This document shows, one piece after another, positions 37,851-53,724 of a DNA stretch of 64,000 bases. The stretch is from Octopus sinensis. Its lineage: Eukaryota. The stretch's first letter is position 1, and every line of letters starts with the position of its first letter. Under the pieces are notes generated by a model. It saw nothing but the letters and a program-made list of their open reading frames with translations. It did no database searches and was not told the DNA's origin. The stretch is taken from positions 111,972,001 through 112,036,000 of the forward strand of contig NC_042999.1 of assembly GCF_006345805.1 (NCBI RefSeq), read 5' to 3'. A program made the position numbers and the translations under genes.

Positions 37851-38768
37851 AGTAGCTAGTTGGCAGAACCATTAACAAAATGCTTAGCGGTATTTTGTCT
37901 GGCCTCCTCCCCAAATTCCAGGCTTTGTGTCTTTAGCAAAAATGTTTATTTCTAAACCATTTATAAAACTATCCACAGGAAGGATTGGTCTATCGGCTAT
38001 ACCAAAGGCGTATCAGAAAGAGAATCCATCCACAACTTTAAAAATAAAGAATACTGATGCAATATTTCAATGTAATTGTCAACCCAATTTAAACACAATA
38101 GGTCTGATATTGTTCTATGAAACAGGGAGCAAAACTCATACATTTTTGTAGAAATCAGCGCCCTGACAAGTGTGAAGGTCTCAACAAAAATTGGGACAAT
38201 GGAAACATCTGTGGAGGGATAATGAGAAACTTACAGTTTTTATATCCAGGCTATAAATTTTCATTTATATTACCGGTGCACTGTTCGGTGTAATTACAGA
38301 TTTTCATAAATTTCTAGTAATTCAGGTTTCTCCAAGATTGAATAAAACAAACTGATTTACATCTTCAAAATGCAATCCATTTTGGGAAAATAAAAATGCA
38401 TAAAATATTCTAGGTATTCTCCATTTGAATTTCCTGGGCTAACTGCATGCACACAATTAGTTGTGCATAAGATGTTCACATACAGCACACCCACCACACA
38501 CACACACACACACAAACAGTAATAAAGGAAACACGTTTGAGTACTAAAGTAATTCTCACTTCCATGATATGAGTGGTGGTTTATATTAACATACAACACT
38601 ATGTATGCACACACTGACACATTCACATACCCATAAACTTCAAGAGACATCTCAGTTTAAAAGAGCCCAGCCAGTTTGTTAGCAGCTACCTTCAATTTTT
38701 CAAAGAAAAAAAAACCTGGATAATTCTAAAGAAATACACACCCAAATTTACATATATATATATATATC

Positions 38769-38802
<34 letters not shown>

Positions 38803-38827
38803 ATATATATTATATATATATATATAT

Positions 38828-38872
<45 letters not shown>

Positions 38873-38905
38873 ACATATATATGTATGTATATATATATGT
38901 ATATA

Positions 38906-38954
<49 letters not shown>

Positions 38955-38978
38955 ATGTGTGTGTGTATGTATGTATAA

Positions 38979-39030
<52 letters not shown>

Positions 39031-40037
39031 TGATAAACAATTTCCTTTTAAAAAAAGAAAATAATTGTTGAAACAAGAAATAATATCAGTGTGAAAGTTA
39101 CTTGAAATCCTGAGTGAAAACACTAAAAGATATTCAAACTGTTAGCAAACAGTTACAAACCTGTTTGTCTGTTACTTTTTCATATGTGAATAAATTGTGC
39201 AAATTCTTTGTTGAGATTTTTTTTGCGAAAGAGGTATAAAAACCATTTAATCAATTCACTAAAATACCTCTTTATTTTCACTCTAATCTTCAATCTTTTA
39301 ACGATTTATTCAACAGAGAATAAGATAAAAACTATCCAGTTCATCAAAATTCAAAATCTATTAGCAAATATAATGATGATAACAATGATATTTCAGTTCT
39401 TTGTGCTTATATTAGTGTGTTTAAATGTATGAATGTCTCTTCATATGTATGTATGTTTGTGTGTCAAGCTGTTGCTTTTCACTATTTTCATTACAATTTC
39501 TACCCATCCAAGTTTGTAGAGATTCACCAAAAAGCAGAGGGTGGGGGCGAGGTAATGTTACTTTTTTTTTTTAATTTTTTTTTTTACTTTTTTATTCAAT
39601 CCGTGTGTATTGTAGGGACATAAGGCAGTTAACTACCGGAATGTAGATGATTTAAAGATTACCAAATATTAAAAGTCTGACTCACACAGTGGATGTGATT
39701 ATCAGTGTCATTGAGCATAGATTTGTGTCAATGAACCAAATGTTTCAATATTTTCATTCTAGAATATAAAAAATAATGAATTTCTATTTTATGTGTGCCA
39801 TCCGTTGATTCAAATTAATATACGTATATATGTTTGTTTGTTTTTTCTGGATATTTATTGCCATGTATATAATATACACTTACACGTTATATAATGTAGG
39901 ACCTAATGTCACGGCATTTAGAAATGTATACTTTTTAAGCCTATCATGCGGTACATACAAAATACGCTTTCATATATATTTTAGTTACATTTTTAAAAAA
40001 TTTTCTTTCGATTTTATAATCTATTATTATTATTATT

Positions 40038-40075
<38 letters not shown>

Positions 40076-40089
40076 TACTATTATTCAAC

Positions 40090-41040
40090 ATTTGATAGTT
40101 TCAGAAAAATTTCTATTGCATCACCTGCTACACCTCCGTGTTGCTGAGGTGCGTGTAGCTTTGTGTGTTCTTTCTTGTTGGGAGAGTACAAATTCTTCCT
40201 GAAATTGTATTGTATCAGTTTGTTTTCTTATGGGATTTGGTTGCAATCTTTTGTTGCATTAGTATTTGCATTGCGTATGTAATTCGAGTTGCGTTCTGTT
40301 GGCTATCCAGCCTGTAGAGTATATGTTGCGGGGGTTGTTTATTTTATTGGATATTTATTCAATAGTGTCCTCGTGTTTATGAATTATTTTGTTTAGGTTG
40401 TACTATTGAATCGATAGTGTCTTGAGATGTGGGCTGTTCCTAGCAGAGCTATGTTTTTTAGATAGTATGTAGTGTTGACGGTCCAGGTATAGTTGATACG
40501 TTTTTGTCCATACACTTTTGGGTTTTTTATCATGCCCAATGCTCCAGTTATTACTGGTATCGTTTTCACCTTCATACCCCACATCTTGAATACTTCAATT
40601 TCAAAGTCTTTGTACTTTGACAATTTCTCCACTTCTTTTTAGACTATATTTTGGTCAAAAGGGTCTTCAATGCCTCTCAGTAAGTAGATGTATTTCCCCC
40701 CAATCTTTGATTATTATGTCTGAGTGATTAGCTTTTATTTCTTTGTCAGTTTGAACAGGTATATCCCAGACGATTGTGACCTTGTCGTTGCCATGTACCT
40801 TGTTTGTTTGGCACGTGCTCATATCATGTCTTGTTGGTTTTTATTTTGTAATGTTAGCATATTGTCTCGTGGATATAATTAATTACTCGGTAATATCTGT
40901 ATATATATTCAGATTTGGCTAGAACTGGACAGCCAAAGATGATGTGATCAACTGTTTCCTTGTACTGGTTGGACATTCTACAGTTGGTGTTAGGGCCTGT
41001 TTTCTATTATTTTACTTTTGTAGTGGTTTGGCGTTGGTCT
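40090..41040 (-). mobile_element. Old R4/Dong 3' fragment
   Basis: EKLSKYKDFEIEVFKMWGMKVKTIPVITGALGMIK...IALLGTAHI, with upstream VTIVWDIPVQTDKEIKANH. Bounded by (TAT)(CAT) and (TTA)n. Confidence 0.8.
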
Positions 41041-41054
41041 TCATTATTAGTATT

Positions 41055-41147
<93 letters not shown>

Positions 41148-41696
41148 GAGTGGGAGAGCAGTGCACGCCATCAAAGTGGCACTGGGGTAAACTATACTAA
41201 GCCAAGCATACCCATCATGACTACCCGTCTGATAAGGGTACACTAGGCACATGCATCACAACTATATGTGCGCCACATGGTGATCTCAAATCAAGATAAA
41301 CAGCACATGACCTTGCAGGTGGGGCCCAGTTAGAATTTTCTTCTGGTCGAGTAGCCCATGCCGCTCAAAAGGTCCCTGAATAAAGGTGGTTTAAGAATGT
41401 TGAACGAAACACCCGTGTTTCCAAAGGTGAATTATTCAAACCCCAAAGAATCCATCTCAACACATGGCTATGATGCTCCCCCACTACTTCTGCTTGTGAT
41501 CAGAGATGCGCATATCGTCAGCCACTAAGGGATATGCTCAACTGGTTAAGGTCAAACAACTGACAAGCAAATCTGTAGTATTAAGCAGATTATTTGCTGT
41601 AGCCCATCTTTTATACCAAGACAAAACAATGTATATAACACTTCCATCCAGTTACGACCAGAAGTCACGAGAGCCACTGCCTGGTACTGCATCGGG
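41148..41696 (-). mobile_element. ~540 bp non-coding element embedded in (TAA)n, copy 2
   Basis: Full-length homologue of 8306-8841; (TTA)n on both sides. Confidence 0.8.
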
Positions 41697-41722
41697 GCAT
41701 TTTTTATTATTATTCTTTTTTG

Positions 41723-41783
<61 letters not shown>

Positions 41784-41786
<3 letters not shown>

Positions 41787-43540
41787 TAGTTTTATTTTTA
41801 TAGCGTGCTTTCACTTCACTACCGACCGCAGCTCTGTGTGCCTTGGGTATGTGCTGTGATTTGTTGTGATAATCTGATGGTTATTGTATGGAAAGTGCTC
41901 TGCGTAGGATGTGTGCAGTGCCTAGTAGTGCGATGTTCTGTATATTATGTGTTTGTAAGTCCTGGTGCTTTTGTTATGTATTTGTCTGAATATTTTTATC
42001 ATGCCTAATGCACCTAATATGATAGGAATTGTCTCTGTTTTCAGATTCCACATTCTGGTTACCTCTATTTCCAGGTCTTTGTATCATGAGAGTTTCTCCA
42101 TTTCTTTTAGAGACACGTTGTCATCTGCCAGTATTGATACATCAATTAGAAAGTATTTTTTTTCTTCATGATCTCTGACAACTATATCTGGTCTGTTGTC
42201 CTTAATTTCTCTATCTGTGTGTATCGGCATATCCCAGAGTATGGTTGCTTTCTCGTTTTCTGTGACCTTTTCTGGTGTGTGCCTATACCATCTTTTTTCT
42301 GTTGTTATTCCATAATGTTGGCATAGCTTCCAGTGTATGTAGGTTCCAACTCTGTCATGTCTGTGAATATATTCCTTCTTAGCCAGGACTGGGCAGCCAG
42401 AGATAATATGATTTATTGTTTCTTGTCCATCTCCACATATTCTGCAGTTACTTGTTATATTTCTTTTCATTACATGTTTTTGGTAATTTCTGATGGGGAG
42501 GCTTTGGTCTTGTGCTGCAATTAAAAATCCCTCTGTTTCTGCTTTAAGTCCTGAGCTTCTCAACCATTGCTGGGATTTTTCTTTGTCTATTTCTTTTGCG
42601 TTTAGTTTAGTCCAGTATTGACCATGAAGGGGATTTTCTTGCCATCGCTTTATCATGGTTCGTTGCTGTTCTATTTTTACTTTGATTTCCTTTGTTTTAT
42701 AGCTTTTGTTGTTTCTTCATCTTCTTCTTCTTCTTCATATTATTAGGTGGTATGATTTCTTGTTTGTATTTGTCAGCTTCCTTAAAATGAGAACAGTTTT
42801 TGTTTTGCTCGTGTTTTGCCGCTATTTGTATCAGTTTTCCTTCCTTCTGAAGTAGATATTTTTGCAGTCCTATGGTGGTTATTTTATAGTAGTTTTCCAG
42901 TTGTATAAGGCCTCTACCACCTTCTATACGTTGTATAAATAGTTTTTCTATGTCAGATTTTGGGTGAGGCATCCTAGATCCTGTCATTATTTTTCTTGTT
43001 TTCCTATCTATTTTGGTCAGTTCATTTAGTGTCCAGTTAAGGGTATTGTAGCTGTAACTTATAACTGGGACAGCTAAAGTGTTAATACCTATTATCTTGT
43101 TTTTAGCATTGAGCTCTGTTTTTAGTATTGATCTAACTCGTCTATAATATTCTTTTTTTATTTTCTCTTTCATTTGTCTTATCTAGTTCATGGATTCCTA
43201 AGTATTTGTAAGTTTCGCTTTGGTCTAATTCTTTTATTTCATTGGTTTTGTCTAGTGTGATGTTGCTACTCTTAACTAGTTTTCTTCTTTTCATGGTTAC
43301 TTTGGCGCATTTTTGTAATCCAAATTTCATATCTATTTCTTTGGTAAATCCATGAACTGTCTTTAATAGTGTTTCCAGCTGTTTGTCATTTGCAGCGTAT
43401 AGTTTTAGGTCATCCATATATAAAAGGTGGCTGATCGTTTTGCCGTAACATTTATATCCGCATCCAGTTCTATTTAGCATATCAGATAGAGGTGAGAGTA
43501 CCAAGCAGAAAAGGAGTGGAGAGAGCGTGCCTCCCTGGAA
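41784..43540 (-). mobile_element. Dong/R4 family A copy A1, 5'-truncated at the RT (GIF)QG motif
   Basis: FQGGTLSPLLF..HLLYMDDLKLY, GGRGL, CRICGDGQETINHIISGC (CCHC) and RPDIVV..D (RLE), in several frames. The 3' UTR ends at (TAA)n. Confidence 0.93.
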
Positions 43541-43616
43541 TAATAATAATAATATTATTATTATCATTATTACTATTATTTTTATTATTATAATTATTAT
43601 TATTATTATTATTATT

Positions 43617-43835
43617 AAGTCGACGATCTGGCAGAATCGATAGCACACCGGACCAAATGCTCAGCGGTGTTTCGTCTGTCACTACATTCTGAGTTCAAGT
43701 TCCAACGAGGTCGACCTTGCCTTCTATCCTTTCGAGGTCGATACATTATGTACCAGTGAAACACTGGGGTCAATGTAATCGACTAGTCCCTTCCCCCAAA
43801 ATTTCAGGCCTAGTGCTTGTAGTAGAAAGGACTAT
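43617..43835 (+). mobile_element. Major-family SINE S1
   Basis: AAGTCGACGATCTGGCAGAATCGATAGC... carries private mutations shared only with S2 (46415). Confidence 0.9.
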
Positions 43836-43852
43836 TCTTCTTCTTCTTCTTC

Positions 43853-43985
<133 letters not shown>

Positions 43986-44470
43986 CTATGTTTGACTTTT
44001 GCTTTACATTTGCACAAGATGGCTCCAAGTTTCACCCAGAGACCTCAAGAGATAACAAGTTGGAAGTTCATGTTGGTGTTATGCCTAGGGTGCCATATAT
44101 TTGGTTTTGTACTTAGCGTTGTACTAGTGAATGCCTAAAAACTATACGAAAATTATGTTTGTTTTAAAACTTGAGATTACATAGAAAGTATTTTGCGTAG
44201 GATATGAGCAGTTCCCATGAGCACTATCTTTTGAATTTCTGTCATTTTGGGGCTTCCTGGTATCTCAGTTAGGTAGCAATCAGCCCCTTTTGCTGTCATT
44301 CCCAGGGCACCTATGACAACAGGTATTGTTTTAGTCTTCAGGTTCCACATTTTGCTGATTTCTATTTCCAAATCTTTATATTTGCTCAATTTCTGGTAGG
44401 TCTTGACAGATACGTTTATATCGATTGGGAGAGTCATATCAATGAGGAGGCATGTATTCTGTCTCAAGTC

Positions 44471-44472
<2 letters not shown>
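43986..44472 (-). mobile_element. Dong/R4 family B short 3' fragment B1
   Basis: CLLIDMTLPIDINVSVKTYQKLSKYKDLEIEI...GTAHILRKILSM* plus the 3' UTR. Nearly identical to B2, with the same truncation point. Confidence 0.92.
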
Positions 44473-44540
<68 letters not shown>

Positions 44541-44543
<3 letters not shown>

Positions 44544-46329
44544 TAGTTTTATTTTTATATCGTGCTTTCACTTCACTACCGAGCGCAGCTCTGTGTGCCC
44601 TAGGTATGTGCTGTGATTTGTTGTGATGCTCTGATGGTTATTGTATGGAAAGTGTTCTGCGTAGGATGTGTGCAGTGCCTAGTAGTGCGATGTTCTGTAT
44701 GTTATATGTGTTTGTAAGTTCTGGTGTTTTTGTTATGTATTTGTCTGAATATTTTTTTATCATGCCTAATGCACCTACTATGATAGGAATTGTTGCTGTT
44801 TTTAGATTCCACATTCTGGTTACCTCTATTTCCAGGTCTTTGTATTTTGAAAGTTTCTCCATTTCTTTTAGAGACACGTTGTCATCCGCTGGTATTGATA
44901 CATCAATTAGAAAGAATTTTTTTCTTCATGATCTCTGACAACTATATCTGGTCTGTTGTCCTTAATTTCTCTATCTGTGTGTATCGGCATATCCCAGAGT
45001 ATGGTTGCTTTCTCGTTTTCTGTGACCTTTTCTGGTGTGTGCCTATACCATCTTTTTTCTGTTGTTATTCCATAATGTTGCATAGCTTCCAGTGTATGTA
45101 GGTTCCAACTCTGTCATGTCTGTGAATATATTCCTTCTTAGCCAGGACTGGGCAGCCAGAGATAATATGATTTATTGTTTCTTGTCCATCTCCACATATT
45201 CTGCAGTTACTTGTTATATTTCTTTTCATTACATGTTTTTGGTAATTTCTGGTCGGGAGGCTTTGGTCTTGTGCTGCAATTAAAAATCCCTCTGTTTCTG
45301 CTTTGAGTCCTGAGCTTCTCAACCATTGCTGGGATTTTTCTTTGTCTATTTCTTTTGCGTTTAGTTTAGTCCAGTATTGACCATGAAGGGGATTTTCTTG
45401 CCATCGCTTTATCATGGTTCGTTGCTGTTCTATTTTTACTTTGGATTTCCTTTGTTTTATAGCTTTTGTTGTTTCTTCATCTTCTTCTTCTTCTTCTTCT
45501 TCTTCTTCTTCATATTTATTAGGTGGTATGATTTCTTGTTTGTATTTGTCAGCTTCCTTAAATACTGAGAACAGTTTTTTGTTTTGCTCGTGTTTTGCCG
45601 CTATTTGTATCAGTTTTCCTTCCTTCTGAAGTAGATATTTTTGCAGTCCTATGGTGGTTATTTTATAGTAGTTTTCCAGTTGTATAAGGCCTCTACCACC
45701 TTCTATACGTTGTATATATAGTCTTTCTATGTCAGATTTTGGGTGATGCATCCTAGATCCTGTCATTATTTTTCTTGTTTTCCTATCTATTTTGGTCAGT
45801 TCATTTAGTGTCCAGTTAAGGGTATTGTAGCTGTAACTTATAACTGGGACAGCTAAAGTGTTAATACCTATTATCTTGTTTTTAGTATTGAGCTCTGTTT
45901 TTAGTATTGATCTAACTCGTCTATAATATTCTTCTTTTATTTTCTCTTTCATTTGTGTGTGTTGTGTCTTATCTAGTTCAAGGATCCTTAACTATTTGTA
46001 AGTTTGGCTTTGGTCTAATTCTTTTATTTCATTGGTTTTATCTAGTGTGATGTTGCTACTCTTAACTAGTTTTCTTCTTTTCATGGTTACTTTGGCGCAT
46101 TTTTGTAATCCAAATTTCATATCTATTTCTTTGGTAAATCCATGAACTGTCTTTAATAGTGTTTCCAGCTGTTTGTCATTTGCAGCGTATAATTTTAGGT
46201 CATCCATATATAAAAGGTGCCTGATCGTTTTGCCGTAACATTTGTATCCGCATCCAGTTCTATTTAGCATATCAGATAGAGGTGACAGTGCCAAGCAGAA
46301 AAGGAGTGGAGAGAGCGTGCCTCCCTGGA

Positions 46330-46330
<1 letters not shown>
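44541..46330 (-). mobile_element. Dong/R4 family A copy A2 (apparent A3/A1 recombinant)
   Basis: ORFs 45992-46480, 45065-45952 and 44638-44877. Same truncation point as A1. Confidence 0.93.
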
Positions 46331-46414
<84 letters not shown>

Positions 46415-46416
<2 letters not shown>

Positions 46417-46634
46417 GTCGACGATCTGGCAGAATCGATAGCACACCGGACCAAATGCTCAGCGGTGTTTCGTCTGTCACTACATTCTGAGTTCAAGTTC
46501 CAACGAGGTCGACCTTGCCTTCTATCCTTTCGAGGTCGATACATTATGTACCAGTGAAACACTAGGGTCAATGTAATCGACTAGTCCCTTCCCCAAAAAT
46601 TTCAGGCCTAGTGCTTGTAGTAGAAAGGACTATT
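46415..46634 (+). mobile_element. Major-family SINE S2, duplicate of S1
   Basis: Almost base-for-base identical to 43617-43835. Confidence 0.9.
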
Positions 46635-46670
46635 CTTCTTCTTATTATTATTATTATTATTATTATTATT

Positions 46671-48583
<1,913 letters not shown>

Positions 48584-48586
<3 letters not shown>

Positions 48587-51581
48587 TAGTTTTATTTTTA
48601 TAGCGTGCTTTCACTTCACTACCGAGCGCAGCTCTGTGTGCCTTAGGTATGTGCTGTGATTTGTTGTGATGCTCTGATGGTTATTGTATGGAAAGTGTTC
48701 TGCGTAGGATGTGTGCAGTGCCTAGTAGTGCGATGTTCTGTATGTTATATGTGTTTGTAAGTTCTGGTGTTTTTGTTATGTATTTGTCTGAATATTTTTT
48801 TATCATGCCTAATGCACCTTCTATGATAGGAATTGTCTCTGTTTTTAGATTCCACATTCTGGTTACCTCTATTTCCAGGTCTTTGTATTTTGAAAGTTTC
48901 TCCATTTCTTTTAGAGACACTTTGTCATCCGCTGGTATTGATACATCAATTAGAAAGCATTTTTTCTTCATGATCTCTGACAACTATATCTGGTCTGTTG
49001 GCCTTAATTTCACTATCTGTGTGTATCGGCATATCCCAGAGTATGGTTGCTTTCTCGTTTTCTGTGACCTTTTCTGGTGTGTGCCTATACCATCTTTTTT
49101 CTGTTGTTATTCCATAATGTTGGCATAGCTTCCAGTGTATGTAGGTTCCAACTCTGTCATGTCTGTGAATATATTCCTTCTCAGCCAGGACTGGGCAGCC
49201 AGAGATAATATGATTTATTGTTTCTTGTCCATCTCCACATGTTCTGCAGTTACTTGTTATATTTCTTTTCATTACATGTTTTTGGTAATTTCTGATGGGG
49301 AGGCTTTGGTCTTGTGCTGCAATTAAAAATCCCTCTGTCTCTGCTTTGAGTCCTGAGCTTCTCAACCATTGCTGGGATTTTTCTTTGTCTATTTCTTTTG
49401 CGTTTAGTTTAGTCCAGTATTTACCATGAAGGGGCTTTTCTTGCCATCGTTTTGTCATGGTTCGTTGCTGTTCTATTTTTACTTTGGATTTCCTTTGTTT
49501 TATAGCTTTTGTTGTTTCTTCATCTTCTTCTTCTTCTTCTTCATATTTATTAGGTGGTATGATTTCTTGTTTGTATTTGTCAGCTTCCTTAAATACTGAG
49601 AACAGTTTTTTGTTTTGCTCGTGTTTTGCCGCTATTTGTATCCGTTTTCCTTCCTTCTGAAGTAGATATTTTTGCAGTCCTATGGTGGTTATTTTATAGT
49701 AGTTTTTCAGCTGTATAAGGCCTCTACCACCTTCTATACGTTGTATATATAGTCTTTCTATGTCAGATTTTGGGTGATGCATCCTAGATCCTGTCATTAT
49801 TTTTCTTGTTTTCCTATCTATTTTGGTCAGTTCATTTAGTGTCCAGTTAAGGGTATTGTAGCTGTAACTTATAACTGGGACAGCTAAAGTGTTAATACCT
49901 ATTATCTTGTTTTTAGTATTGAGCTCTGTTTTTAGTATTGATCTAACTCGTCTATAATATTCTTCTTTTATTTTCTCTTTCATTTGTGTGTGTTGTGTCT
50001 TACCTAGTTCATGGATTCCTAAGTATTTGTAAGTTTGGCTTTGGTTTTATTCTTTTATTTCATTGGTTTTATCTAATGTGATGTTGCTACTCTTAACTAG
50101 TTTTCCTCTTTTCATGGTTACTTTGGCGCATTTTTGTAATCCAAATTTCATATCTATTTCTTTGGTAAATCCATGAACTGTCTTTAATAGTGTTTCCAGC
50201 TATTTGTCATTTGCAGCGTATAGTTTTAGGTCACCCATATATAAAAGGTGGCTGATCGTTTTGCCGTAACATTTATATCCGCATCATGTTCTATTTAGCA
50301 TATCAGATAGAGGTGACAGTGCCAAGCAGAAAACGAGTGGAGAGAGCGTGTCTCCCTGGAATATTCCTCTTCTAATGGCGATGGCTTTGGTTTTCATGAG
50401 TCCCTCTTTTGTTTGGAGCTGTAGCACTGTTTGCCATTTATTCATAGAGTGCCCTATGAATTTTATAATTGTTGGTGCTACTTTGTTAATGGCTAGTGTT
50501 TCGAGGATCCATGTGTGGAGGATGCTATCAAACGCCTTTTTGTAGTCGATCCACGCCATACTGAGGCCGTTCTTCTTTCTGTGGCGATCTTCAGTTATGG
50601 CTTTATTAATCATTAGTTGATCTTTAGAGCCATATGAACCTTTGCGGCATCCTTTCTGCTCTTCTGGAAACAGGTTGTTTTCGTCCAGGTGCTTGTTCAA
50701 CCTTTGCGATATCACTGCAATAAATGCCTTGTACATTGTAGGGAGGCAGGTTATTGGTCTGTAGTTTTCTGGTTTTGCTGTCTCATTTGGTTTGGGAGTT
50801 AAGATGGTTTTCCCCTTCGTGAGCCATTCAGGCATTGTCTCTGGCTCTGCTAGTATGTTGTTAAAGTTTTCAGCCAGCTTTTTGTGCATTCCTTTTAGAT
50901 ATTTCAACCAGAAGTTCGGGATCTTGTCATGCCCAGGTGCCTTCCAGTTGTTTAGTTTCTGCAGTGCCTGGGTGACCTCTTCAGTTGTTATGGGGATCCA
51001 AAGTTGCTCAGATGCTGAGTTTGTGGTTTTAATACTTCTTTTTTGTTTGGTTGTTCGTTCGCCGACCATATTTCTCTCCAGAATTCTTCCACTTCTTCTG
51101 CCGTTGGTGCTGCAGTGATTTCTATTTTATTTTTGCCAAGTTCTTGATAGAACTTTTTGGGGTTGGAGTTGAACTTTTTGTTTTGTTCAAAGAAGCGCTG
51201 GCGTTTCTCGTATCGGCGGATCCTTTGCGCTTTGGCAAGGAAGTCTTGCTTCAGCTTTTCTTTTATCTCAGGTAAATCTTTTTCTGTGATGTTATATTTG
51301 CGGAGTATTTTTGTTTTCTTTTTGTTGCTCAGTAGCGTTGATTGTTTACTGATTTCATTCAGAATCGACAGATCTTTTCTTATTTTTTGAATTTTGTTTT
51401 GGATGTTATTTATCCACAGGGTTTGTTTGGGTGATGGTACTCCTGTTTGGATGGGTTTGAGTGAGTATCCAGCTTCTTTTGTGGCTGCAGTGGCTGCTGC
51501 GTATACTAAGTCATTTAGCTTAGGGATATCGCTTTTTGTTTCAGTGGCTATTAGTTCCGTGACGGCTAGGTTCATGCTAGG

Positions 51582-51582
<1 letters not shown>
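48584..51582 (-). mobile_element. Dong/R4 family A copy A3, ~3.0 kb, most of the single ORF with several frameshifts
   Basis: ORFs 50988-51575 (N-terminal), 50284-51069 (WKAPG.D.I, YRPITCLPT.YK, QKGC..GS.G.KDQL, AWIDYKKAFDS, GIFQGDTLSP), 48946-49983 (GGRGL, CCHC, RPD) and 48681-48983. (TTA)n on both sides. Confidence 0.95.
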
Positions 51583-51634
<52 letters not shown>

Positions 51635-51812
51635 GATTATTATCATCATTTACTTTTAATCTACTTGTTTCTTACAATCACTCGCTGAGACACACCTAGC
51701 GTCATAGGGCGAGTAAAGGATAATAGATGTTACAATATGACTGAAAGCTTGGAGTGAGGAATCGGCAAGGGCAGTAGCGAAATACCTTCATGCAATACAA
51801 CATATATATATA

Positions 51813-51956
51813 GGCAGCACGGAATTTTGTCAGTGAACAGGTCGCAGTCTCAAAGCGATAAAAATATTTTGGCAAATTAAATTTAAATGTTGAAGTGACT
51901 CTAACCTTTTTTGTGTGTTTTTAAATGGCTAATAAACACCTTCCATACTGCAATTG
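51813..51956 (+). mobile_element. Penelope-like terminal fragment of the 15151 family with a G3:C8 hammerhead-like core
   Basis: TTTGTCA GTGAACA G GTCGC..GCGAT AAAA ATATTTT GGCAAA, then ATGTTGAAGTGA...AAATGGCTAATAAACACCTTCC. Confidence 0.7.
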
Positions 51957-53021
51957 TGTGTTTGTGTGTGTGTGTGTGTGTAATTGTAAATAAATATATG
52001 CAAGAATACATATTGAATTAATGTATTACTACCTGCATATGCAGTAAATAGCAACCTGCAGAATAACAGTGAAAAGTTTAAAATTTAACAATCCACAAAA
52101 AATACAAAAAGATCACTACTAAAATAGTATAATTATATGTACAAAACTTTATAAATGTGTGTGTATGTTAATGGTTGTAAGTATGTATGTATAGATGCAT
52201 GTCTGCATGTGTGTATGTATGTATAAATCATCATGGAGATAATTACAAGAAATTAAGAAGCACAACAGATAAAAATATTTTTACAAAAATTTAAACAAAA
52301 TGACGACCATTCCTGAAGATGAGTGCTTCCACTCCTACGAATTTTGACTTTCATGTCATAAGCACAATCATCGTTTTACAAAATAAATGAATTTCTAATT
52401 TGTTTTTTATTTGATGAGTTGAAAACAAAGCAAAATATCTATAAAAAAAAAACTAGGATATAAATTTTTTAAATGCAATTATAGCCATTAAAAACTACAT
52501 TTTCCAATTCACATTTACCATTATCTTTACGAGATATTTGAAATTTTATTTTATTTCATTCTTATTTCCTTGTCGTAGTTGATGGTACTGATTAAAGATG
52601 ATGATGATGATAATGATGATGATGATGAGGAGGAGGAGGAGGAGGAGGAGGAGGAGGATAATGCTGTCATTGTTGTTTTGTTGTCGTCGATGTCGTTGGT
52701 TAAGGATGGATTCATTAGAAACATATATTTTTAAAAAAAGACATCTTAGTGTGTGGAGTGATAAACATTGGTTTGAATTATCATTTACTATTATAAATGT
52801 ATTTAGCTATTCATTTGTTTGTTTTAGTGTGTGTGATGCATATTCTTGAACAAAGGAGATTTTAATTGGGTCTGCATATATGCGCACGCATGTTTGTGTG
52901 GATATCAATACATGTGCGAATGCAATCTAAAGAACGTCATATTATTACACAGAAAGTTTATGATAATGTATTATAGGTTCATAGAACAACATCCATGTTG
53001 CATTAATATTATAATCCAACT

Positions 53022-53375
53022 AAGGCGGTGAGCTGACAGAAACATTAGCACACCGGGTGAAATGCTTTGCGGTATTTCGTCTGTCTTTACGTTCTGAGTT
53101 CAAATTTCGCCGAGGTCGACTTTGCCCTTCATCCTTTCGGGGTCGATTAAATAAGTACCAGTTACGCACTGGGGTCGATATAATCGACTTAATCCGTCTG
53201 TCTGTCCTTGTTTGTACCCTCTGTGTTTAGCCCCTTGTGGGTAGTAAAGAAATGGGTATTTCGCCTGCCGCTACGTTCTGAGTTCAAATTCTTTCGGGGT
53301 CGATAAATTAAGTACCAGTTGCATACTGAGGTCAATCTAATCGGGCCTGGTGCCCAGAGTAGAAAAGAGTATTAT
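53022..53375 (+). mobile_element. Major-family SINE dimer (tail-A unit + partial tail-B unit)
   Basis: Full head, body and tail A, junction GTAGTAAAGAAATGGGTATTTCGCCTGCCGC, then a second body. Confidence 0.9.
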
Positions 53376-53688
53376 AGTCATGATTTTGACAACTTTGCCT
53401 ATAAGACGCTTTATTCTTCTTAACTTCAGCAACTTCAATAGCAAATTAGTCTCAGATAGGCCGCCTAATCTTTAAATGAACATTCTAACACACAGTTTAC
53501 TCACGGTATCTATGTCCTCGAAGTAGATAAAACTATAAACATTAGCGAAACCCTGGGTTACAAAAATCCCTTGAATACGGGTAACTATTGACGTTTTCCA
53601 TCCAAGGGGTGTTTTAACTCAATATTCTAAACGCAATTATTTATAACTTTATTTATAACTATCTTTTTCAAGTTACATTTTTCAAACG

Positions 53689-53724
<36 letters not shown>

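Noticed and set aside
43986-44030. Possible similarity between the Dong family B 3' end and SINE tail B (CTTGTGC..AAAT)
   Set aside because: Only about 7-10 matching nt and not co-terminal; not distinguishable from chance by eye.
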